From Methylophaga frappieri (GTDB taxonomy: Bacteria > Pseudomonadota > Gammaproteobacteria > Nitrosococcales > Methylophagaceae), in NCBI RefSeq assembly GCF_000260965.1, contig NC_017856.1, positions 1,320,001 through 1,352,000 of the forward strand: a stretch of DNA of 32,000 bases. Direction: 5' to 3'. The notes beneath the pieces are model-generated. The model was given only the letters and a program-made list of their open reading frames with translations. It was not told the DNA's origin and made no database searches. Below, piece by piece: positions 1-9,255 of the stretch. The position numbers and the translations under genes are program-made. Every line of letters starts with the position of its first letter. The first letter of the stretch is position 1.

Positions 1-70
1 TCCGATACAGGATGGTATCCCGGTCTTGCTAGTCGATGCAGCGCGACCATTGTCGCAGGATGAAGATTAA
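1..70 (+). CDS. Trm112/YcaR-family small protein (UPF0434), C-terminal fragment; the gene starts upstream of the window
   Basis: Frame starting at nt 2 reads PIQDGIPVLLVDAARPLSQDED and ends at TAA 68-70. The DGIPVLL motif and the position 2 nt upstream of kdsB match the YcaR/Trm112-like gene that usually precedes kdsB. Confidence 0.6.
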   Translation, partial: PIQDGIPVLLVDAARPLSQDED

Positions 71-72
71 GC

Positions 73-831
73 ATGACTTTTCGCGTCGTCATTCCGGCAC
101 GTTATGCTTCAACGCGACTGCCTGGCAAACCGCTCCGGGAAATCGCCGGCAAACCCATGATTCAACATGTTTATGAAAGGGCTCGGGAAAGTGACGCCTC
201 GAGCGTTATTATTGCCACGGATGATCAACGTATTGCTGATGTGGTGAGTCAATTCGGTGGTGATATCTGTCTAACCCGGGCTAATCATCAGTCTGGGACA
301 GATAGACTGGCAGAAGTGGTCAACCTACGGCAGTTTGACCCGGATGACATCATCGTCAATGTACAAGGGGATGAACCCTGTCTGCCAGCGGCGCTGATAA
401 ATCAAGTTGCCCATGATCTTGCCGAACATCCTAAAGCAGCCATAACCTCATTATTCAGTCGACTCAGTTCAGCCGAACAGATTTTTGACAGTAACATTGT
501 CAAAGTACTGGTGGATGCACAAGGCTATGCGCTGTATTTCAGTCGTGCGCCGGTACCTTGGCTGAGAGGCATCTTTGGCGAGGACAAGCCGTTACCTGCC
601 GAGCTGCCCCATCGGCGCCACATTGGCCTCTATGCCTATCGGAGCAGTTATTTACAGCGCTATACCGATTTCAGTCCCTGCGATCTGGAACAGTTTGAGT
701 CGCTTGAACAGCTGCGCGCTTTATACCATGGCAATGCCATCCATCTGACAGAAGCAACAGAGGCTGCCGGCCACGGCGTCGATACGGAATCCGATTTGTT
801 GATCGCCGAGCAACTATTGCGGCAACAGTAA
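73..831 (+). CDS. kdsB: 3-deoxy-manno-octulosonate cytidylyltransferase (CMP-KDO synthetase)
   Basis: 252 aa. The N-terminus VIPARYASTRLPGKPL, the VNVQGDEP motif and the length are typical of KdsB. Confidence 0.95.
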   Translation: MTFRVVIPARYASTRLPGKPLREIAGKPMIQHVYERARESDASSVIIATDDQRIADVVSQFGGDICLTRANHQSGTDRLAEVVNLRQFDPDDIIVNVQGDEPCLPAALINQVAHDLAEHPKAAITSLFSRLSSAEQIFDSNIVKVLVDAQGYALYFSRAPVPWLRGIFGEDKPLPAELPHRRHIGLYAYRSSYLQRYTDFSPCDLEQFESLEQLRALYHGNAIHLTEATEAAGHGVDTESDLLIAEQLLRQQ

Positions 832-1092
832 TCTCGCAAGGCCAGTGGCAATTAACTCCGGATGTAGCTCACCACGTCCATCAAACACCGGCAAAATGAA
901 AGTTCTCGGTACAGGGCGATGCCCCTCGCCATACTGCGTTGGCTGAATACTGCTGTCTGTATCCAAGACCTGAAGCACTAGCTCACATCCATCCAATAAC
1001 TCTATCACTTCACACGGATGCTGATGGTAATGCACCTGCTGACCAATCAGGATCAGCAGGGCTTCATTGCTTAGGTTACTTTTCGCTGGCAT
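814..1092 (-). CDS. Hypothetical small protein (about 92 aa) of unknown family
   Basis: The ORF in the track is 814..1161. I trimmed it to the ATG at 1092 because upstream codons lie deep inside rne. The sequence is not low complexity ([33 protein letters not shown]...). It fills an otherwise 245-nt convergent gap and overlaps the rne 3' end by 17 nt and the kdsB 3' end by 18 nt. I recognise no family and the SD is weak (GAGAG 2 nt from the ATG). Confidence 0.4.
   Translation of the reverse strand: MPAKSNLSNEALLILIGQQVHYHQHPCEVIELLDGCELVLQVLDTDSSIQPTQYGEGHRPVPRTFILPVFDGRGELHPELIATGLARLLLPQ
1035..1060 (-). other. 8-bp inverted repeat (CCTGCTGA, 10-nt loop, TCAGCAGG) 15 nt downstream of the rne stop; possible 3' stem-loop
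   Basis: Read directly: arms at 1035-1042 and 1053-1060. No U-tract follows on the - strand, so it is not a canonical intrinsic terminator. It lies inside the putative ORF 814..1092 (codons LL...QQ), so it may be a coding coincidence. Confidence 0.3.
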
Positions 1093-3520
1093 CACTCTCG
1101 ACGGTAGCCTCCGCGACACGGGTTGCCGGTTTTTTATTTTCATTATCAACCGGCGTATCACTTTTGGCTAGCGTCTTTTTTTCCTCACTGCTGTCCGCAG
1201 CTAATGGTTTATCGGAGCGGCGCCGGCGATTGTTACTGCCGGACTGGCTGCTCCTGCTACGTCTTGGCGGCTTCGCCGGTTTGACCGAGTTACCATCTGC
1301 TTCTGCCGGGTTTTGGCTGGATTTCTTAACGTTGCCATTAATCTCGGGTTCCGGCGACGGCAGTGCATTGCCATCGACTTCCTGCTTGGCAGGAGGGAGT
1401 CGATTACCAGCGTCATCGGAGACAGGTGCCGCTATGTTGGAACCGCCCTCATTGTCCTGACGGCTGCTACGCCGACGACGTCCTCCCCGACGAGATCGAC
1501 GACTATTTCGAGTACGCTCTTTATCCTGGTCAGTTTCTGTAGGTTGAGAAGCGGTATCATTCACGTCGGTGACTTCATTGTTTTTGTCGACGCTATCTTT
1601 GTCACGGCGACTACGACGTTGACGTGATGGTTTTTCGTCCTGTTCCTTTGCCGTTGTCTCATTATTGTTACTTTCTGGCGATGACTTTTCCTGACGCTGC
1701 TGACGATTACCGCTGCCTCGGCGATTTTGATTACGGCCACCACGAGCACGACGATTAGTTTGGCTGCGTTTATCACCATTTGTTTCTTCGGTATCAGCAG
1801 ACTGTATAACAGCATTGTCTTTTTCAATCGCATCACTTTGACCAGTCAACACACCGAGCAAACGTTTCAGCAAACTTGGCGGACGCGGTGTGTCGGCCGG
1901 TTTTGAAATGATAGGTGCCGGTGCTGATGGCGCGACACCGGTTACCGCCGGTTGCTCCATCGCAGGTTTATCTTTTAATACGGCCGGCAACTCTGGTTCC
2001 GGAGTATTCAACATTTCGTGGCTATTTGCGCTGCGCTCACTGCCTTCACGGACACGTTCGATATCATAATGTGGTGTTTCAAGATGTGGATTCGGTATCA
2101 ACATCAGACGGACATTATGACGTTTTTCAATGATGTCAATTTGATGACGCTTTTCATTCAGCATGAAGGTAGCAACCGCAACCGGTAGTTGCACGACGAG
2201 TTGCGTAATTTTGTCTTTGCTCGCTTCTTCTTCCATCAATCGTAATACCGCGAGCCCAAGTGACTCAACGCCGCGAACATGACCTAAACCAGCACATCTT
2301 GGACACACTTCCTGGTGGGCATCACCCAAAGCAGGACGCAGTCGCTGCCGTGACATTTCCAGTAGACCAAAACGAGAAATCCGCCCGACCTGCACCCGAG
2401 CCCGATCGGCCTTCAAATGCTCACGAAGTCGATTTTCAACTTCGCGCTGATGGCGACTTGGCCCCATATCAATAAAGTCAATAACAACCAGACCGCCTAA
2501 ATCTCGCAAGCGTAATTGCCGTGCAATTTCTTCCGCTGCTTCAAGGTTGGTATTGAGCGCCGTTTCTTCAATATCGCCACCCTTGTTGGCTCTGGCTGAA
2601 TTCACATCAATGGAAACCAATGCTTCGGTTGGATCGATGACCAAGGCGCCCCCCGAAGGCAAACGCACTTCGTGCCGGAAAGCACTCTCGATCTGGCTTT
2701 CGACCTGATAGCGCGTAAATAAAGGGACGCGATCCTGGTACAGCTTGAACTTACTCAGATCATGCGGCATGACCATGCGCATAAAATCATAGCCCGTTTG
2801 GTAAACGTCGGGTGAGTCGACCAGAATTTCACCAATATCCTTACGCAGATAATCACGCAACGCACGAATAATGATGTTGCTTTCTTGGTAGACTAAAAAT
2901 GGCGCTGGTCGGTCTTTTGTTGCCGTATCAATTGCCGTCCATAATTGCAGCAGATACTCCAGATCCCACTGCAACTCTTCAGATTGCTTGCCTACCCCAG
3001 CCGTTCGCACAATCATGCCCATGCCATCCGGAATATCCAGCTGTCGCAGTGCTTCCTGCAATTCAGCCCGATCATCACCTTCTATGCGGCGAGAAATTCC
3101 GCCAGCACGTGGACTATTAGGCATTAAAACAAGGTAACGACCAGCCAGACTGATGAAGGTAGTCAGCGCTGCCCCTTTGTTACCACGCTCTTCTTTTTCA
3201 ATTTGAATGACCAGTTCCTGGCCAACAGAAAGCACATCCTGGACATTAATACGTCCATTGTCTTCACTGCTGTTTTTACTGGGTCGGAAATACGCTTTGG
3301 CAATTTCTTTTAGTGGCAGAAAACCTTGACGCTCAGCACCGTATTCGACAAAAACAGCTTCCAAGCTGGGCTCAACGCGGGTGATTTTCCCTTTATAAAT
3401 ATTGCCCTTTTTTTGTTCTCGGGAGGGAGTGTCGATGTCCAGATCGAACAGTTTCTGGCCATCAACCATCGCGACACGCAACTCTTCTTCGTGTGTCGCA
3501 TTAATTAAAATTCGTTTCAT
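1076..3520 (-). CDS. rne: Ribonuclease E
   Basis: 814 aa. The N-terminus [30 protein letters not shown] and the S1/catalytic core are present, as is the Zn-link CPRCAGLG. An amphipathic [12 protein letters not shown] segment looks like a membrane-targeting helix. The Arg/Ser/Asn/Glu-rich disordered C-terminal half is typical of the degradosome scaffold. Confidence 0.97.
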   Translation of the reverse strand: MKRILINATHEEELRVAMVDGQKLFDLDIDTPSREQKKGNIYKGKITRVEPSLEAVFVEYGAERQGFLPLKEIAKAYFRPSKNSSEDNGRINVQDVLSVGQELVIQIEKEERGNKGAALTTFISLAGRYLVLMPNSPRAGGISRRIEGDDRAELQEALRQLDIPDGMGMIVRTAGVGKQSEELQWDLEYLLQLWTAIDTATKDRPAPFLVYQESNIIIRALRDYLRKDIGEILVDSPDVYQTGYDFMRMVMPHDLSKFKLYQDRVPLFTRYQVESQIESAFRHEVRLPSGGALVIDPTEALVSIDVNSARANKGGDIEETALNTNLEAAEEIARQLRLRDLGGLVVIDFIDMGPSRHQREVENRLREHLKADRARVQVGRISRFGLLEMSRQRLRPALGDAHQEVCPRCAGLGHVRGVESLGLAVLRLMEEEASKDKITQLVVQLPVAVATFMLNEKRHQIDIIEKRHNVRLMLIPNPHLETPHYDIERVREGSERSANSHEMLNTPEPELPAVLKDKPAMEQPAVTGVAPSAPAPIISKPADTPRPPSLLKRLLGVLTGQSDAIEKDNAVIQSADTEETNGDKRSQTNRRARGGRNQNRRGSGNRQQRQEKSSPESNNNETTAKEQDEKPSRQRRSRRDKDSVDKNNEVTDVNDTASQPTETDQDKERTRNSRRSRRGGRRRRSSRQDNEGGSNIAAPVSDDAGNRLPPAKQEVDGNALPSPEPEINGNVKKSSQNPAEADGNSVKPAKPPRRSRSSQSGSNNRRRRSDKPLAADSSEEKKTLAKSDTPVDNENKKPATRVAEATVESDASEK

Positions 3521-3900
3521 GCATAAACCTCTTTAAGGAGGTTCACACGGTCACCAGCATTTAAAAAGCGGTTTGGCATGCAGCCGCAACGGAAGGTGCG
3601 AACAGACTGCACGGACAACATAATCAAATCTATAACGGGCCTGGCACGGTAACCGACCTGCCGGCAAAATATCACTTCGTGTTTACTGCAAGATGTGGTT
3701 GCAGTCGTTTCGTCACAAGACTGCCCTCAGTCACTGACGTTGATTATTATTATCTTGTCCTGCCCACTGCATATCATTGTGTTTGAGCTATTGCCGGGAC
3801 GTGGGAACCATCAAAATCTTAACCTGCCCGGGTTGCCGGGCGACGTGCTGAACCCCTGTTCAGCGTCATAAATTCGTTTCATTTCCATCACCGCATCGAC
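3521..3900 (-). promoter_or_regulatory. Long rne 5' leader plus the divergent rne/rluC promoter region
   Basis: There are 521 nt of non-coding DNA between the rne ATG (3520) and the rluC ATG (4042). Visible stem-loops are GCTGAAC-CCCT-GTTCAGC (3847-3864) and CCCGG-GTTG-CCGGG (3827-3840). In E. coli a long structured rne leader mediates autoregulation, and the rne/rluC divergent arrangement is conserved. The boundaries here are approximate. Confidence 0.4.
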
Positions 3901-4041
3901 CTTCAATTGAAGGGAGCGGCGTTGCTATATTCCGGCCTGCATTCGGAAAAAAAGGTATACTTCATCTATTTTCAGGACAGACCAATCGTCGAATATATCA
4001 GTCGCCGGCGCTGTCAGCAAGCAATTCACACTATCCAAACT

Positions 4042-5004
4042 ATGTCGAACCCACCGCAAAAATCGTCAGGCGTCCAGTTTATTCGCATTCGCCATGAACA
4101 GGCTGGGCAACGTATCGACAATTTTTTAATCACACTGGAAAAAGGCGTACCGAAAAGCCGCATATATCGTGCTTTACGCAAAGGTGAAGTTCGCGTTAAC
4201 AAGGGGCGCATCAAACCTACCTACAAACTTCAAGCTGACGACGAAGTCCGGATTCCGCCATTACGGGTCACAGAAAAACCCGTGATTCATGTCAGTGACA
4301 GCCTTGCCCAAACACTAAAGCAACAGATCCTGTATGAAGATGCGCATTTGCTGGCGATTAACAAACCCAGCGGTTTGGCCGTTCACGCTGGTACTGACAT
4401 CCAGACTGGCGTGATTGAAGCATTAAAAACCCTGCACCCTGATACCCTATTCTTGGAGTTAGTGCATCGTCTGGATCGGGATACGTCAGGTTGCTTGTTG
4501 GTGGCCAAAAGTCGACAAGCGCTACTGCACATGCAAAATCAAATGCGGTCGCAAAGCATGGACAAACATTATCTGACGCTGACCGCAGGCCACTGGCAAC
4601 AAAAACAGACCATGGTTGATCTCCCATTGAAAAAAAATACCGTGATTGGTGGAGAGAATATGGTGACTGTAGACGAAGCAGGTAAAACAGCCCAAACCTG
4701 TTTTCTGATCGAACAGTCATTTCGCGATTGCCAGTTGATGGCCGTCAAATTATTCACGGGACGTACGCATCAGATTCGTGTCCATGCTGCCAGTCAGGGT
4801 CACCCCGTAGCCGGAGACAGTAAATATGGCCAGCGGGATTTCAATAAATTAATGAAAACATCGGGATTAAATCGTATGTTCTTGCATGCTTGGCAATTGA
4901 CGCTGACCCACCCGGAAACTGACCAACCACTCAAGTTAGTGGCGCCATTGCCTTCTGAGTTACGGCTTTTTCTTGACCATTTGAACACAAGTTTAGCGAC
5001 ATGA
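4042..5004 (+). CDS. rluC: 23S rRNA pseudouridine synthase, RluC/RluA family
   Basis: An S4-like N-terminus (AGQRIDNFL...GVPKSRIYRALRKGEVRVNKGRIKP) and the catalytic HRLDRDTSG motif are present. The start is set at ATG 4042, which aligns with the E. coli RluC N-terminus. The TTG at 3907 in the track adds 45 implausible residues. Confidence 0.9.
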   Translation: MSNPPQKSSGVQFIRIRHEQAGQRIDNFLITLEKGVPKSRIYRALRKGEVRVNKGRIKPTYKLQADDEVRIPPLRVTEKPVIHVSDSLAQTLKQQILYEDAHLLAINKPSGLAVHAGTDIQTGVIEALKTLHPDTLFLELVHRLDRDTSGCLLVAKSRQALLHMQNQMRSQSMDKHYLTLTAGHWQQKQTMVDLPLKKNTVIGGENMVTVDEAGKTAQTCFLIEQSFRDCQLMAVKLFTGRTHQIRVHAASQGHPVAGDSKYGQRDFNKLMKTSGLNRMFLHAWQLTLTHPETDQPLKLVAPLPSELRLFLDHLNTSLAT

Positions 5005-5657
5005 ATTACGCACTCATCGTATTTGACTGGGATGGGACCCTGATGGACTCGACCGGACATATTGTTTTTTGTATGCGGGAAGCCATTGCACAGCTTAAGC
5101 TCCCCCCCAAACGGGATGCGGAGATCAGTCATATTATCGGTTTAGGTTTACCTGAAGCTGTGTTGACACTTTATCCTGATAGTAGCCCCGCCGCGGTGCA
5201 ACAGTTAGCTGATAGCTATCGACGCATTTGGCTTAACCACCCGTATCAAGCCCCCCTGTTTGAAAATGCACAGGCGTTGTTGAATAGATTGTCGCGCCAA
5301 TGTTTTTTGGGCGTCGCAACCGGCAAAAGTCGACGAGGATTAAATAAGGTCTTGGCAGAAACCGGTCTTGGCCCCCTGTTTACTCAGACACGTTGTGCGG
5401 ACGAGAGTTTTTCGAAACCACATCCACAAATGTTGACAGAAATTATCGATTTCTGCGGCGTATCGCCGGCTGAAACACTCATGATTGGCGATACGGTCTT
5501 TGACTTACAAATGGCAACCAATGCCGGAGCCGACTGCCTCGCTATCAGTCATGGCGCACATCCCTCAGCACAATTACAATCATGCGATCCGCTCGCGATT
5601 CTGCCAGATTTGCATGCATTGGAAAGCTGGCTGGATAGCAGTGTTGCCGTCATTTGA
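5001..5657 (+). CDS. HAD-superfamily hydrolase (phosphoglycolate phosphatase-like, subfamily IA)
   Basis: Carries the FDWDGTLMDS (DxDxT) motif I and the GDTVFDLQMATNAG motif IV. ATGA start/stop overlap with rluC at 5001-5004. Confidence 0.85.
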   Translation: MNYALIVFDWDGTLMDSTGHIVFCMREAIAQLKLPPKRDAEISHIIGLGLPEAVLTLYPDSSPAAVQQLADSYRRIWLNHPYQAPLFENAQALLNRLSRQCFLGVATGKSRRGLNKVLAETGLGPLFTQTRCADESFSKPHPQMLTEIIDFCGVSPAETLMIGDTVFDLQMATNAGADCLAISHGAHPSAQLQSCDPLAILPDLHALESWLDSSVAVI

Positions 5658-5695
5658 TATGATGTCCCTCTAATTGACTTTCAGGAAACTTACGA

Positions 5696-6685
5696 ATGGC
5701 CACTTTCGGCGATTTTCCCCCACAGCAAAACACCTCGACAACCTCGGAAAAAGACAAGGCTGATCTGCAATGGGAACGCCAAACCCTCCGAGATATCGCT
5801 TTTGCGGCTATTCGAGAACAGCGCAATAGTCGCCGCTGGGGGTATGTATTTAAAGGGCTTATTCTGCTTTATCTGTTTGCCTTCTTGTTCCTGATGATGC
5901 CGGGTGGCAGCACCGAGTCGGCTGGCAAGCCGCATACCGCATTGGTTGAAATTAGCGGCCTTATCAGTGCTGATAGTGAAGCAAATGCAGATCGGATTGT
6001 AACCGGCATTCGTAATGCGTTTGATTCGACGCAGGCAAAAGCGCTGATCCTGCGCTTAAACACGCCTGGCGGTAGTCCAGTTCAGTCTGGCATTATCAAT
6101 GATGAAATTCGCCGCTTACGTAGCACAAGGCCTGACTTTCCTGTCTATGCGGTGATTCAGGACATTTGTGCGTCAGGTGGCTACTACATTGCCGTTGCAG
6201 CGGATGAAATCTATGCCGATAAAGCCAGTATCGTGGGGTCAATTGGCGTTCGTATGGACAGTTTCGGTTTTACCGAAGCGATTGATAAATTAGGTATTGA
6301 ACGTCGCTCACTCACTGCTGGAGAAAACAAAGCCTTTCTTGATCCATTCAAACCGCTACAACCCAATGATATTGATCATGCCAACGCCATGCTGCAAACC
6401 ATTCACCAACAATTTATTGACGTGGTGATTGATGGCCGTGGCGAGCGTATTAACGCCAATAATAGCGAATTGTTTTCAGGATTGTTCTGGTCAGGTGAGC
6501 AATCGCTTGAACTTGGGCTGATTGATGGCTTAGCCAGTAGCAGTCAAGTTGCCAGAGACAAGGTAGGTGCGGAAGAAATTATTGATTACACACCGCGTCC
6601 GAATTACCTTGATCGATTTGCTGGCACGTTGGGGGCAAGTATTGGCAGCACATTACGCAATACGGCGAACTGGAGTCTACAATGA
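5696..6685 (+). CDS. S49-family serine peptidase (SppA/SohB-like), membrane anchored
   Basis: 329 aa. It has an N-terminal hydrophobic segment (GLILLYLFAFLFLMM), an LRLNTPGGSPV motif and a CASGGYYIA motif, both typical of signal-peptide-peptidase-like ClpP-fold proteases. AGGAAA SD 8 nt upstream. Confidence 0.85.
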   Translation: MATFGDFPPQQNTSTTSEKDKADLQWERQTLRDIAFAAIREQRNSRRWGYVFKGLILLYLFAFLFLMMPGGSTESAGKPHTALVEISGLISADSEANADRIVTGIRNAFDSTQAKALILRLNTPGGSPVQSGIINDEIRRLRSTRPDFPVYAVIQDICASGGYYIAVAADEIYADKASIVGSIGVRMDSFGFTEAIDKLGIERRSLTAGENKAFLDPFKPLQPNDIDHANAMLQTIHQQFIDVVIDGRGERINANNSELFSGLFWSGEQSLELGLIDGLASSSQVARDKVGAEEIIDYTPRPNYLDRFAGTLGASIGSTLRNTANWSLQ

Positions 6686-6831
6686 CCGTTGCCATTCCAG
6701 AAAACACCTTCGATGAGGAACAGTTGGCCGAACGGTTAGAGTTGTTTCGTTATACCGATATGACACAACCCTTGATTCAGGTGTTATTTCCGTTGCAACT
6801 TCCCAATGATAATACGAGTGACTCAATATGA
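6682..6831 (+). CDS. Candidate 49-aa acidic small protein (sORF), unannotated in the ORF track
   Basis: My own translation is MTVAIPENTFDEEQLAERLELFRYTDMTQPLIQVLFPLQLPNDNTSDSI. Its ATG overlaps the S49 stop (ATGA 6682-6685) and its TGA overlaps the HDOD start (ATGA 6828-6831). A GGAG lies at 6672-6675, 6 nt before the ATG. Confidence 0.35.
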   Translation: MTVAIPENTFDEEQLAERLELFRYTDMTQPLIQVLFPLQLPNDNTSDSI

Positions 6832-7679
6832 CATTGACGGCACAATCGTTGGTCAATCAATCTCTGGAACTGGTCTCGGCGCCAACAACCTATGCACGCC
6901 TAGACGCTTTGATCCGGGATCCCAACAGCGCCATCGATGATATCAGTGACGTCATTCATACTGACCCCGCATTAACGACCCGCCTGCTTAAGATCGTCAA
7001 CAGCCCCTACTATGGTTTCCCATCCCAAATCAATACCTTATCGCGTGCCATCACAATCATCGGCACTCGTGAACTGACGAATTTGGTCTTGGCTACCACG
7101 GTAATGAATGCGTTTCACGGTATCCCAAAAAATTTGATGGATATGCAGACCTTCTGGCGACACAGTCTGGCCTGTGCAATTACCGCACGTTATCTGGCGG
7201 AAGCACTGGCACTCGAACACAGTGAACAATATTTTATTGCCGGGCTGCTTCATAATATCGGCAGCCTAGTGCTGTATCAGTCTGCCCCAGAACTTGCACG
7301 TGAGTCGATCAACCGCGCCCGGTTTGGACACGAAGTCCTGCACGAAGCCGAGCAAAGGCTGTTAGGGTTTCATCATGGGGATGTTGGCGCCATTTTATTG
7401 CAAAAATGGCGACTCCCGGAGTCTTTGGTGGTGGTTGCGCAACATCATCACACCCCATCTCTGGCAACAACGTACCAATTAAACGTCGCACTGATACATG
7501 TTACTGATGTGATGGTCAGTAGTGTGCCATTTGGTCACAATGGGGATCGACACGTTCCACCTTTGGATCCAAATGCATGGACCACATTGGCGTTATCCCC
7601 CGAGGCGATGCCAAGCTTGCTATATCAGGTCAATCAGCAACTCGATACACTGGCCGATTTGATGCGGACAGAAAACTAA
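6828..7679 (+). CDS. HDOD domain-containing signalling protein
   Basis: 283 aa. The pattern DPALTTRLLKIVNSPYYGFPSQINTLSRAITIIGTRELTNL ... HNIGSLVL ... FHHGDVGA is the classic stand-alone HDOD domain. Confidence 0.85.
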   Translation: MTLTAQSLVNQSLELVSAPTTYARLDALIRDPNSAIDDISDVIHTDPALTTRLLKIVNSPYYGFPSQINTLSRAITIIGTRELTNLVLATTVMNAFHGIPKNLMDMQTFWRHSLACAITARYLAEALALEHSEQYFIAGLLHNIGSLVLYQSAPELARESINRARFGHEVLHEAEQRLLGFHHGDVGAILLQKWRLPESLVVVAQHHHTPSLATTYQLNVALIHVTDVMVSSVPFGHNGDRHVPPLDPNAWTTLALSPEAMPSLLYQVNQQLDTLADLMRTEN

Positions 7680-7717
7680 GATTTATGACTTAATTGAAGA
7701 GAGAGAACGAGGCAATC

Positions 7718-8365
7718 ATGAGAACGGTATTATTGGGCGCACCGGGTTCCGGCAAAGGCACACAGGGCGTAGTTTTATCCCAGCAATTCAGCATTCCGCA
7801 AATATCTACAGGGGATTTATTACGTGCTGCCGTCGCTGCGGGAAGCGAGTTAGGTATAAAAGCGAAATCAGCAATGGATGCCGGTGCACTGGTCTCAGAT
7901 GACATCGTGATTGGTCTGATTCGCGAGCGCTTATCAGAAAGCGATGCGCAACAAGGCTATATTCTGGATGGCTTTCCACGCAACATTGCTCAAGCCGAAG
8001 CACTGGATACCATGCTCAATGAGTTGGGTCAGCCATTGCAAGGCGTTGTACTGCTTGATGTGCCATTTGAAGAGTTAATGCAACGTTTAACGGGGCGTCG
8101 TACCTGCAAAAACTGTGGTGCGATTTTCAATGTCCATTTATCCCCACCCAAAACTGAAAATATCTGCGACAAATGTGGCGGAGAACTGTTTCAGCGTCAG
8201 GATGACAATGCCGAAACCATTAGTAATCGGCTCAAGGTATATCAGGATCAGACAGCGCCATTGATTGGCTATTACCAGTCGCAACAGAAGCTGCATACGG
8301 TTCAAGGTACCGGTAATATCGATGATATCACGCAGTCTGTGAGCAATATTTTTAGCGATATCTAG
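7718..8365 (+). CDS. adk: Adenylate kinase with a Cys4 (zinc-type) lid
   Basis: MRTVLLGAPGSGKGTQG P-loop and DGFPR motif. The lid carries CKNC (8105-8116) and CDKC (8165-8176). The start is set at ATG 7718; the TTG at 7694 in the track adds 8 residues ahead of the conserved N-terminus. Confidence 0.95.
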   Translation: MRTVLLGAPGSGKGTQGVVLSQQFSIPQISTGDLLRAAVAAGSELGIKAKSAMDAGALVSDDIVIGLIRERLSESDAQQGYILDGFPRNIAQAEALDTMLNELGQPLQGVVLLDVPFEELMQRLTGRRTCKNCGAIFNVHLSPPKTENICDKCGGELFQRQDDNAETISNRLKVYQDQTAPLIGYYQSQQKLHTVQGTGNIDDITQSVSNIFSDI

Positions 8366-8379
8366 GCCACGCCGTTATT

Positions 8380-9255
8380 GTGGCGCGAGTTTTATCGGTT
8401 GGCATTACGACGCTGGACATTATCAACCAGGTCGCCGCTTACCCCTCTGAAGACGATGAAGTCAGAGCCCTATCCCAAGTGCAGCGGCGCGGCGGTAATG
8501 CGGCTAATTTAGCCGTTGTACTCAGCCAGTTAGGTCATACTGTTGATTTCGCCGGCGTGTTAATCAATGAGCCTGATCTGGCACTGATTCTAACTGAGTT
8601 TGATCAGTACCAGATTGGTTACGCACATTGTCCTCGTCTGCAAACAGGCAAAATGCCAACCTCGTATATTACCGTCAGCAGCCTCAATGGCAGTCGGACC
8701 ATTGTTCATGTTCGTGATTGTCCAGAGCTGACTTTCGATCAGTTTGCTGCAATCGACTTATCGGGCTACGACTGGATACACTTTGAGGGGCGCCATGTCC
8801 CCGAAACCAAGCGAATGCTGGCTTATGTGGCACAGCACCATCCACACCTCCCTCGTTCGGTAGAACTGGAAAAGCCCCGTGAAGGGATTATGTCACTCAC
8901 CGAACAGGCTAGTTTGGTGATGTGTTCCAAGCCTTTTGCTCAGGCCATGGGGCACAATGAACCAGAATCGTTTTTGCAAACGCTCACTTTGGACAACGTC
9001 ACGTGTAGTTGGGGCGAAGCCGGTGTCTGGGGAAAGTCTGCCCAACAAATCTATAACGTGTCCGCTGTGCCCTTAAACAAGGTCGTTGACACCTTGGGCG
9101 CCGGTGACAGCCTGAACGCCGGCCTCATTCATGGTTTTCTGCAAAACAACACATTACGAGATAGTCTGATTTTCGCAAACCAACTGGCTGCACTTAAGTG
9201 TCAACAACATGGTTTTTCAGGTTTGGGACGCATTCTGGATAGCCACCATGACTGA
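8380..9255 (+). CDS. PfkB-family sugar kinase resembling ketohexokinase
   Basis: 291 aa with a GTG start. Motifs RGGNAAN, NGSRTIV, WIHFEGR, ELEKPRE, VVDTLGAGDSLNA and KCQQHGFSG line up, from memory, with animal ketohexokinase. DTxGAGD is PfkB signature 2. Confidence 0.8.
   Translation: MARVLSVGITTLDIINQVAAYPSEDDEVRALSQVQRRGGNAANLAVVLSQLGHTVDFAGVLINEPDLALILTEFDQYQIGYAHCPRLQTGKMPTSYITVSSLNGSRTIVHVRDCPELTFDQFAAIDLSGYDWIHFEGRHVPETKRMLAYVAQHHPHLPRSVELEKPREGIMSLTEQASLVMCSKPFAQAMGHNEPESFLQTLTLDNVTCSWGEAGVWGKSAQQIYNVSAVPLNKVVDTLGAGDSLNAGLIHGFLQNNTLRDSLIFANQLAALKCQQHGFSGLGRILDSHHD

Noticed and set aside
939-1460. A 173-aa + strand ORF, along with other ORFs at 1201-1416, 1313-1627 and 1561-1836, inside the rne 3' half
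   Set aside because: They are antisense or out of frame with the Arg/Ser/Glu-rich low-complexity RNase E C-terminal region. Their Ser/Leu/Ala-rich, repetitive composition is the mirror image of that bias, and they carry no motifs.
3907-4041. A TTG-initiated 45-residue N-terminal extension of rluC
   Set aside because: The extension has no similarity to RluC. ATG 4042 aligns with the E. coli RluC N-terminus, and the extension lies in the expected promoter region.
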